Assembly (NCBI GenBank): GCA_965202585.1
Contig: OZ241826.1
Location: 63,054,001 to 63,118,000, forward strand
Source: Thalia democratica
Lineage: Eukaryota
DNA: 64,000 nt
Reading direction: 5' to 3'
Shown: piece after piece, positions 14,501 to 25,051 of the stretch
Position numbering within the stretch: the first letter of the stretch is position 1
How the letters are laid out: every line of letters starts with the position of its first letter
The notes under the pieces: model-generated
Told to the model about the DNA's origin: nothing
Database searches by the model: none
What the model saw: only the letters and a program-made list of their open reading frames with translations
Position numbers and translations under genes: made by a program

Positions 14501-16210
14501 AATTATAAAGACAGTTTAACTATTAAGTTAGGATTAGTTATAAGTTTAGTAACTAAAGTAAACTTTTAGACTTAATCAGTATTGTTCTAACGTCCTATTA
14601 CTAGTTCTAGCAACTCAGGTTTAGGTATTAAAACACCCTAGTGAAGTCTAAAACTTGATAAAATGTATTTAAACTACTTTGTAACACAGAATTAAAGAAT
14701 AATTAATAACTTTTTGGTTGAAAATATTACAAGTTTATCAATCTTCAATCTTAACTTCAAAAAATGAAAAATTAATTTTATATGACAATTGAAATGAATA
14801 CTTCATTGTAATTTTAAAACTTAGTAGTCAAAATTGCTTGATAAATTAACGGTTAAGTTTATAATCATTATGAAAACGATCTAGTCCAAACTAAATGAAA
14901 TAATTATTTAAACATCTATAGATTTAACTTTTAAGAATTAAGTAGAAAGTACCAGGAGTCTGTTTGTTGTGAGTTATATTTAAAAAGTCATTCAATTCTA
15001 AAATTTATGTTTTACCTTTTTATTAATAACCACAAAGTAAAATTATAAAACTTTAATATTGACATTTATAACAACATAAAACTCAATTATAAAACTTTGC
15101 AATACAAGTTAAATAGTTGAAATAACCTCATTTATATTGTGACGTAATTATTGGATGTAATGAATGTTTTTTGTTCATTCATTGACAACAGTAAAATTTG
15201 AATCAGTTATTCTTTCCATTAACGTGAGTGGTTTGTTTATGTTATGATTTGTTGTGTTTTTTTTGGTTTACTTAAGTTATTTTAGACTTAGTAATTACAA
15301 ATATTATATAGTTTTATAACAGTCGGATTTAATATTAAGTATTTTACCTATTATTAACTATTATCTGTAGAAATTATTTTTTTTAATGAAAACATGTATA
15401 CACCCACTTTATTCTATGCTTCTATTCCTTCATTACAGTAATTATTTTTTTACAGAACCCATTTGAAGTGTGTTGATTAGTTAACACACAGAAACATATG
15501 TTGGTACAATATAGGAAGATTACTGTACAATATGTTTTTATTTATATTTCAGTGAAGTTATTTCACTAGGATCTTTTGTTAGCAAACAATTAAACATAAA
15601 TTTTGAACAGTTACTTAAAATAAAGTTATTTTTCTTATTAAAATTTAGTAGTATGCCTACTAGTGGTAACGTGTGGGCCTGAGCGGAGCAAGTAAAACTA
15701 CTTTATTAATTATTGTATCTATACTTATTTTTTTAATATAATGTATTTGAAGTTTAAACATAATAAACCTTGAAGTTGTACCCATAAATATAAAATACAA
15801 TAATATTTAAATTAGCTCTGTACCAATTCAATAGTTGTCACTAATGCCAACTCAGCATATATGCTAATAGGTACTGATTGAGTTTGTTACTTTGTTTAAA
15901 GTAGGTCTGTCATAGAAATGTTTTTAAAATCTAGCTGTTTTAACAATCGTGAAAATGTTATCAACTATAGTCTTCTATATAATTTTCTAACAGCTTGACT
16001 AGAAAAAAAGCTGTTGTTTATGGCAGCTCTTTTACTCGATACTTTCAGTAGTATATAATTTATGATTAATGCTTTAAGTGCAGTTATCTATTTCAAATAC
16101 TGATTATATGTTAATGCTTTCATAACAAAATAATAGAATTAAACTTTTGTTGTGTATTTTGTTTACTTAAAAATAAATTTGATAGTTGGAAGTAATCATA
16201 AAATTTTTAG

Positions 16211-16285
16211 ACGGAAAGAGAAAAACTAAAATTAGAAGAAGAAGCAGAAAAGCAACACAGAGAAGAAGTAGACAGAAAATATCAG
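16211..16285 (+). CDS. Caldesmon-like gene exon: TEREKLKLEEEAEKQHREEVDRKYQ
   Basis: tttttag acceptor; gtttat donor; 75 nt, phase 0-0. Confidence 0.85.
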
Positions 16286-17136
16286 GTTTTATTTGCTGTT
16301 TGTATGTATTAGTATAAGTTACTGAGAATTGTACTTTACAAATATTATCCTTTTCAATAATTTAACTCAGCAGTTAATCTTATGTGCTATATATGTTAAT
16401 GAAAATAATTTTTTGTAAAAAATAATCAACTAGATCCAAAAAAAAGACTTTTAAATTGTAACGTTTACATAAGTTATATACACAATTTACTTGTAAAATA
16501 AATACTTTTGATATTCAATTATTATTAACGTAAGTTAAAATTTCAATATTTATTTTATATAGTTTGGTAAAAATAGAATAACTTCTGAAATTAGGTAATG
16601 TTTGTAATTTAATATATAAGTTTTGTAATGTAATAAATTTGATATCATTTTAATTAGATAAACCTTTTTTTTTTGTTATTGATATATTTTACGTGATTCA
16701 TAGCTGAAGGTTATTTAATTAAATGAATTAGTGTTTCTCAAAATGTGCACCTTTGTGCACACTTCTGTGCACAGGTGCTAACTCTGGGAATTTAAATTTT
16801 ATTTTGTAATAAGAATCAAATGTTTATTTCAGATTTTATCAATTTTGACATTTTAATAACAACCAGATTAAAAACTATTATTTTTTTTTAGAATTTTCAA
16901 TTAAAATATATAGTGTGACTGTACAGTAACTGTATAATTTTTTCTTTAGTACCTACTGTGTACTGCCTTTAAAGGTTTTTAGAAAAAACAAATGTTGTTC
17001 AGTTTAAATAATTTTACAGTATGTATGTAAACTAGTTAAAACATTAAAAAAACACATTGTGAAAACTTTTAGAATTTTTTTGTTTTAAATACTGTATTTA
17101 ATTTTAAGGACTCTATTTTAATCAAAATATTGACAG

Positions 17137-17280
17137 GAAAAGCTTCGTAAAGAGCGAGAAGCTAGAGAACAAAGGAGGAAGGAGTTAGATGAAAAAAAGC
17201 GAGAAAATCGTGAATTGCTTAATTCTGCAGAAGAGATCCAACTTGCTTCCAAGTCGAAAAATTCCACAATCAGCCAAAAA
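17137..17280 (+). CDS. Caldesmon-like gene exon: EKLRKEREAREQRRKE...NSTISQK
   Basis: tgacag acceptor; gtaagt donor at 17281; 144 nt, phase 0-0. Confidence 0.85.
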
Positions 17281-17853
17281 GTAAGTCTTGTACCAATTTA
17301 TAATATTTTTTTTACTTTACAACTATTTATACTTTACATAATAGCATTAGATGTACTAAACATATATAATTCAATCAAAATTATGTGGCAGTTATGTGTA
17401 TCCTTAACTGTTATATTCGATTTAAGTTTATGTTTTCTAGCCTAGTTATAGTTTGTTGTGTTTTAATTACAGTAAGATTCTTTACTTGAATTAAAAAGTC
17501 TATAGTTTCTGACACCATTACATTCTTAAAAATAAAAATAAAGCTGTGCATTCTTTCTTTAGTTAAAGAACGTTGCGGAAAAGTTCTATTACTTGGTTTC
17601 ATTTTGCATTTGATGCAGTGTCTAAATGACTTTGATTTCAAAAGTAGTTTAGAAAACTAGTTAAATGTTACAAAATTTACCTGGTGTGAACTATTTTTGA
17701 TTTATGTATGAAGAGTTGTTTGATTGTTGTTGCAGCTCACTTTATTTTTTAAAAACACAGTAGAAAAAAAAGTTTATTTTTGAATTTCCATTGAGAATTA
17801 GTCATCAGAAGTCTTTGTATCTTGAGAACTTAGAAAAATCTATGTAAAAATAT

Positions 17854-18861
17854 TAGTGATGTACCGGACTCACTATCCGTGTCCGGATCCGGCCGGATAC
17901 TGCCATTTTTGTCTGATATCCGGATCCGGCCGGATCTTGATATGAAAAAAAGTCCGGATCCCGTTCCGACCGGATTATAATTAAAAAAAAAAAGTCCAGA
18001 TCCGGTTCCGGCCGGATCCTAACAGAGATCCAGCCGATTCGGATCTAGTTAGTAAAAAAGAGCATACAGAAAATTATTTTTTCAAAAACAAACCCTTTGT
18101 AAATTAAACACCTACCGTGATTGGCTCATTTTGAACACGTGACTAATTTACATTTGTTTACATTTAAACTATAAAATAAAAATTTCAGAAATGGATCTCT
18201 TTACCTATGTTGTAAAATTAAAAACTTTACTACCAAATTGTTAGGCTAGTTTTAAGATTTTTTGAAAAACTCTTTTAGATTTTGAATGAGTTTAAGCTGA
18301 TCCAGTTTTCAATATTTTGTGATTCTCTAATTAATTTTGTTCAAGAACTTGATTTTAATTGATTTTAGCTTGGTAAGGCTATAGGGGGGGGGGTCCTCCT
18401 TGATTTTTACAAGTTGATCATATTTAATAGATTTTAATCTTAGCTACCAGATATTGTTTCTGTGATGTACTTTATTTTTCTATCAATTTTCCTTATACTA
18501 AATTTAAAGTTATTCATAGTTTTTTTTTAGCTTTTATTGAAATGAAGTTTTGAAACTACAAATGTAAGCTCTACTTTTAAATTGAAAACTAGTGATGTAC
18601 CGGACTCACTATTCGGGTCCGGATCTGGCCGGATATTGCCATTTTTGTCTGATATCCGGATCCGGCCGGATCTTGATATGAAAAAAAAGTCCGGATCCGG
18701 TTCCGGCCGGATTCTAACTTGAAAAAAAGTCCGGATCTGGTTCCGGCCGGATCCTAATTTGAAAAAAAAGTCCGGGTCCGGTTCTGGCCGGATTCTAATT
18801 TGAAAAAAAGTCCGCATCCGGGTCCGGCCGGACCCGAAATTGTGGGTCCGGTACATGACTA
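17854..18861. mobile_element. Composite hAT-like non-autonomous element with CCGGATCCGG subterminal repeats
   Basis: TIR tagtgatgtaccgga at 17854, and again at 18590, pairs with tccggtacatgacta ending 18861; exact 8-bp TSD aaaaatat at 17846-53 and 18862-69; ~40-bp tandem units at about 18680-18835. Confidence 0.85.
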
Positions 18862-18960
18862 AAAAATATCTGAACGTGATTCTTTGATTCTTTTTTTTCA
18901 TAACTTAAATAACTTTCAAAATTTTTTTTGTAAGGTTTAATTAATAGTTTAATAAAAAAA

Positions 18961-19338
18961 TATAACAAAAAACATTTCGTTATTATTTGTTTAAGTACTA
19001 TCTACTACGACTTAAAACTTTATCTAGTAAGTTGAACTGAAATAAAAGCTTACTGTAGTGAAAACGTTTATAAGTTTATAAAACATCAAATGACTTAATA
19101 ATCGAGTGTAAAGTAAGAAATTAAAAATAAATTAAGTATAAATGCTAAAGAACACTACTGTTTACTATTAAAGATAATTAGATTTTAAATTATACTAAAA
19201 AGAACCAGCGATGGTTTTATAAACTTATAAACGTTTTCATTACAGTGAGCTTTTATTTCAATTTAACTTACTAAGATACAGCTTTTGATAAGTCATGGTC
19301 AAAAGCACTTAAATAATAATAAAGTGTGTGTTGTTATA
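18961..19338. mobile_element. Fold-back MITE with ~127-bp imperfect inverted arms
   Basis: 18961-19087 mirrors 19210-19338, e.g. aaataaaagcttactgtagtgaaaacgtttataagtttataaaa vs ttttataaacttataaacgttttcattacagtgagcttttattt. Confidence 0.75.
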
Positions 19339-19433
19339 TTTTCGAAATAAGTTATGCACTAGAAAAAAGTTTGTTCTAATAATTTGATTTAATATTTTTT
19401 TTATGTTAAAAAAAGTATTTTTTGATTTTTTAG

Positions 19434-19467
19434 TTTTAAACCTGATAAACCTCAAAAAGTTGAAAAA
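19434..19467 (+). CDS. Possible small exon (x)FKPDKPQKVEK
   Basis: Strong T-rich acceptor and gtaagg donor, but it starts in phase 2 while the upstream exon ends in phase 0; an extra microexon or other donor is needed. Confidence 0.35.
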
Positions 19468-20311
19468 GTAAGGCCATTAGAAGCTATATCAGTTGTATAT
19501 AAACAAAAACTTTGTTTTAACTGATTCCAGTAGTTTGAATTTAAAAAGGTTCATTTGACCGAGTTTTAGTTACAGGTGTTAAGATTTAAATTTTGTGTCA
19601 AAAATTAGTCGAAAATCCCCGATAGAACTTAAAAAAAATTTTTGTTAAAAAAATACCATAACAAAGGTTGTAGCTGAAAAATTTATAAATATACGACTTC
19701 AGAAATAAATAAATATAGAAATTTTTATGGAGTTATAGAAATGTTTTGATAAATTATTAGGCGACCTAGTTTAAAAAAAAACAGATTTTTTTTTACAAAG
19801 TTTAAAGTTTATAAATCACTTATTCCAGTCCGACTATCTAAGCCCGACTACGGTCCACTATCTGAGAAAACTTAGAACTTGAACATCATCATAAACTTTA
19901 TTTTTTAAATTGTAATTTATTGAAACTTTGTTTGTTTTATATTCTAATTTATTTAGTATACTTATGAACAAAAGTAATTTCACTAAATTACCTTAAAAAT
20001 ACTAAATATGTTATAAATTTAAATTGATAATTATTATAAGAAATATTTATTGCAAAAATAGTGTTATCTCTATATACTCTTAAGCAATACTCTTAAAAAT
20101 AATGTTAATCTGTAGATCTACTTTAGGTTGAAATATATACCAACTAGCTGTAAGAAGCTGTTATTAAGTATAGCATTAATATTTGGTTCCAGTTTTAGAG
20201 TTTTTAAACATCTAGTGTTCCTTAACACTTACAAAATCAGCATACTATAACTAATTTACATAAAAATTCTTTGTATTTAATAAAAACGATAACACTGATA
20301 ATCATCAACAG

Positions 20312-20647
20312 CAGGGGTCGACAAGCTACGGTCTTTTAAGCAAAAATCTCCGACCCTCAACGTATATTTTAGTTGAAAAAAATTTGTCAATAAAAAAAAA
20401 AAATAATGTTTCTTTTTATTATATAAGTACAGTTTTTTTATCTGTAAACATTGGTGCTTACTTGTGGTTTTTTCATTGAAAAACTGATATAAGTTTTTAT
20501 ATCCAGTATAATATTTTAAAACAATATATACGCATAACCAAAAATTTATTTTATAGCTGTTTTCTTTCTTATAAACAGTTTTTTCAAATAACAGTGGCCC
20601 ACAAAAAATTTTTCTAGTAAATCCAATACTTTTAAATGACTGCCGAC
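20312..20647. mobile_element. Degraded hAT (Charlie-type) MITE, probably same family as 11014
   Basis: Left caggggtcgacaagctacggtc; right ggcccac...aaatgactgccgac shared with the 11014 copy; terminal bases lost. Confidence 0.45.
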
Positions 20648-20970
20648 AAATTTCCAATATTTGTAAAAAGTCTACATTATAATTTAATTTTACACTTAGA
20701 TAAATATTTTAATATCAAGCCCTAAAATTTGGTTGCTGAAATGCTTTTTTAGAATTTTTTATTTTACAAGAAATTCTGGTGAAGGTTTTGTACAGTTCGA
20801 AACCGTACTTTAACAAATGTTATTTTGGACAATATAGTAGTTTCCGCATAAGTACTATTACAAACCTCAATTTTTATATTTTAAAAAGTTGAAGTGAAGT
20901 AGCATTAAAAGTTTAAACAGTGATCTTATTTATCAACTACTTTAAAAAGTGTAAAACTCTAAGCTTTTTA

Positions 20971-21586
20971 CAATTTAGTCATATTTTATTGAGTTTTAAC
21001 TAAGCTACAAGTAGAATTTTACAGATTTTTAAAACTCAAAATATTTTAAGAGATATAGCCGGTCGAAGTCGGAGACTACAATAGGCTTCTTATGTGGGGC
21101 ACAAAATAAAACGGCGAATAACTAGAAATAACTAAAAATCTATTTCCTCCTACGTTTTTTGAGGAAACTACCTCAAATTTCCAGGAAATATTCCTTGCAA
21201 TATTCAAAAAATGCTGTTGGAACAAAAATAAAAAAAATTAATAAATAAAAATTTTATAACAAAAAAACAAAAAAAAAAGTTTTTTTGTTTATTTTTTAAA
21301 TAAAGTTTTTATTTAAATTTTTTTTAGTTCTTTCCAAAAGAGTTTTCTTAATATATCAAGGAACACTTCCTTAAAATTTGAGGTAGTTATCCCAAAAAAC
21401 GTAAGAGAAGATAGATTTTTAGTGAAATAGTCTATTTTTGCCGTTTTAGTTTGCGCCTCCTATAAGGAACCTATTGTTGCCTCCGACTTTGACTGGCTAT
21501 ATTTCTTAAAATATTTTGAGTTTTGAAAATCTGTAAAAATCACCTTGTAGCTTAGTAAAAACTATATAAAATAGGATCAAAATTTG
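20971..21586. mobile_element. ~600-bp near-palindromic fold-back element
   Basis: Arms of ~300 bp centred near 21280; e.g. gatatagccggtcgaagtcggagactacaatagg mirrored by cctattgttgcctccgacttttgactggctatatt; about 85% identity by eye in the GC-richer part. Confidence 0.85.
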
Positions 21587-22760
21587 AAAAAAATGTTAAC
21601 CCCCAATGCCCTTAATAGCTCTTTTATATTATTTATGTTACTGGCTAATAAGTTTTATATCTATTGTCAGTAATGATTTACCAAGGGATTGCCCAATCAC
21701 GACTTTACCTGTAACAAAGAATCGTTCAATTTGTATTAATTAATTAAAAATTTTAAATGTTTACTTTTTTTTTTTTTATAAACTAGAGATATTTCTTGAC
21801 AAGGTGTTTTTCACTTATGTGTTAAGTAACTTTCAAACTTTAATAATTTTAACTGTCTTGAGTCTTTTAAAGTTTTACCTGTTAGTTATTATTTTTATAG
21901 TCGTGATTGAAATATTAGTTATTTGTATAAAGCTTTAAAACTAGTTTTTTTTACATATTTTATATTTTAAATGCCTTTTTAGTTTTTTTTTATAACCAAA
22001 ACTAATTTTATTACCATATAAGATTTTTTAAAGTGGATATAATAAAAACAAGGCCATGTTTAAAGTTTTAAAATAGTTTGCTACATTTTAAAATATTTTG
22101 GAAATTGATATCCTATCAAAGTTAGTCATAAAAAGTAACCGCTAGATGACACGAATAAAGTTTTCAGGAATTATGCACCAAAAGTTTTGTATGAAGATAA
22201 GCTTTAAGTGTTTATTGCAATTATAAAGTACTTAAAGCCTTTGTTGAATTTACGACTTAATGAGCTTTATCAAATATTAACGAAGCGATTGAAGCTTGTT
22301 CAAAAAAAACCTCAACGATTTAATACTTTATTCAAAAAGTATTGAAGGACAAGATAATTAATAAAGATAAGTTTTAGTGTAAATATGTAGAATATTATGT
22401 TTATAAATTAAAAGTATAATACAAAGTATGGTTGAAATGATTAAAAAAAATCCGAGAAAATTAAGGCAAAATGTTTGTAGAGAAATAACCAAAATCGTTC
22501 CCACAAAAGGAGAAAATTAAAGAAAAATGAATTTTTATTTAACGGTGTTCAGCATTCTACAAAATATTTATTAAAACCGATACACCTGTGTGCGTTTTAA
22601 CGATGTATTTACTCTAGAAATTTTTATGAAAGTGTCTATGAAACAGCCTAAAAAAAGTAAAAAATCAAGATTTTTGAATTATTGTGACTATATGTACTTT
22701 AGTGTTTATCTCTAAACCGACTAGTTTAATAACTAAAACCTTTTAAGTTGGTTAGTTTAT

Positions 22761-22944
22761 CCGCACGCGTTGAACCATTTATAGTGAAAATTTTTAGCAA
22801 GTTGTTACGACACAATATTACGCCTCACCGCTTCCACCCTTATAAAGTTTTAGCCGCACGAGTCGCTGTTAAGTCGTCTCGAAACCAATTTACTTTTATC
22901 TAAAACTTTGCTGTCTTGCTTACCAGATTCACTTCTGCAGATAG
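22761..22944 (+). promoter_or_regulatory. Candidate internal promoter and non-coding first exon
   Basis: 11 CpG in 22761-22881; CCACCC 22834-39; TATAAA 22841-46; donor-like ag|gtagag at 22945. Confidence 0.4.
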
Positions 22945-25051
22945 GTAGAGAAAGTTTATGATTTTTAAGTTTTACTTATGTTGTTTCAATAAGCTTTTAT
23001 AATTTTTTTTTGTAAAATGTTTTCAATATTTTGTTATATGGTGCAGTATTTTTTGACGAAAGACTAACTGTTTGTTTTTATTTATTTATACCATTAAGTT
23101 TATTTTAAAACAGATAAATTTAGATAATAAATTAAGTTAGTTCAAACTATTTTGGTTTTTTTACTATAATTGATTAAAATTAAAATTAGTGCTTAATCTG
23201 ATTGATAAATTAAGAAAAGTACCGGTTTTCTCAAACTAATTTTACTAAAACTTTCTATAATTTATACCTTAAATACTAAAATTTGTCTTAAATAGATCTT
23301 AAAATTTTAATCATAAAAATTATAAATTTGTAGTATAAAAAGTTAACTAACAAAACAATTTAGATTTAAAAAATAACAGTTCAGTCAAAGTCAATTACTG
23401 ACCAAAAGATTTTTAATAACATAAGTAAACAAAGCAAAATTAAATAAAATAGATATGAGATATTTATTTTTTTAGTTTTAATGATGAAACATCTTTCAAT
23501 ATCTAACTTAACCGACTTTGATTTAAATACTTATGTTGAACTACTAATTTTTAAGCCTAAGTTAGATAACCATTAAGCAATAAAAAGTAATTAATAAACT
23601 AAAAACATTTGAGTTGACTACTAATCTGTTTTAATAGCTAAAAATTAAAAAAAAAGTACTTAAAGTTGATTAAATTTTTTTGTAAAACGAGTTATATGAT
23701 ATTCTAAATACAATACAATATAAAGAAGTTAATTAAAATAGAATGGTTTTAATTATTTTATGATAGTTCATGTTAGTGATTACTTATTAAAAATAATTTT
23801 TCGTTTTATATAGTTTAAAAAACAAGCTTTAGTCGTTTTGTTAAAATTTAGTTTATCATGAAATATATGAATGTTTTGTCTATTTTACACAAAAGTATTC
23901 GGAAAAGTATGTAAAGACGAAGCACATATTTTCTCTTTTGATAAAAATTTCATATACAAAAAAAAAACTTTCAGACGAATTAAGTTTTTATCTTTTTAGC
24001 GAACAAAGTAAAAAGAAAACTAATCTGTTTAAACCAAGCTGCCCAAAAGGTTTAAATATTTTTTCAGTAAATAAGCGCTAAAACCATTTTTGAAGGAAGT
24101 ATCAATTATTTGCTAGCGATTTGTTTTATTTATGAAGTACGCAAATTATGATACGTAGAACATGGTTTGTTAACATATTTTGTTGTTTTGCATTTAGTGT
24201 TGTTCAATTTAATGTTCTTGTATACTTTAAATCCATATTGTACTTCTTAAACTGGACTAAGAATATTTGATTAATAGTTTATCACACATTTATATAAAGA
24301 TCTAAACTTTATAATGATCTGAATAGCAGTATTGTAATAATTAAATATTTTTATATCCTTGTTTACGTCATTTACAAACTGATTTGTTATAAATTCTGTA
24401 TCAGTAGCTTAAAGTTCAATTTATGAAATGATGTATCTGTAATAATTTGTAGAAAGTAAATTAACTGACCAAGCTGGGTTTAAATAACGCAACATATTTG
24501 GTTTTTAACCTTTCAGTATGTTTTTATTTGTATTTAATGTTCGGGGTTTTTTTGAAGCTTAGTTGAAAAACACAAATAAAAACTTTATATAAAATAACTC
24601 TACTAGTTTTCAAGTAGCTAAGAAAACACATAAACAACTTTATTTAAACTCAAGTAGTTTTTGAAAGTTTTATTAAGTTATAGTTTAAACTGTAAAATCA
24701 TTAAAATTAAAAACATCTTTCAAGTTATGTAGAAATAAAAGTCTATAGTATAAAACAAAATTCTTAATTGTTAAAACTTTTCAGTTAGAAAATTCTGACT
24801 ATCTTAACTAAAATGATATTCAAATTGACATTTGTTTGTAGAGTTTTCTGCTAACTTTTGAACCTTTTTTTAAATTGCATGGACAAATTTTTATTTATAA
24901 TAGTTATATTTTCAAAATTTTAAAACAATAATGAAAAAGTATTGTTAAATGTATTGTTGATTTTAGCCTATTTTTGTTTTATTTTCTTTTATCAGCTGTG
25001 TTGTTTGTGCTTTACAAGTGATAATTATTGCAGAGTTTTTGTTAGAAAATA

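Noticed and set aside
16966-16975. CArG boxes (also 29960-29969) in a possible muscle gene
   Set aside because: About 3 are expected by chance in 64 kb at this composition; no clustering
17862-18840. CRISPR-like appearance of regularly spaced GC-rich repeats
   Set aside because: Spacers are not unique, context is a eukaryotic intron, there are no cas genes, and TIR plus TSD explain it as a transposon
18527-18901. 124-aa ORF with RIRPEPDPDFF repeats
   Set aside because: Translation of the hAT subterminal CCGGATCCGG tandem repeats; not a gene
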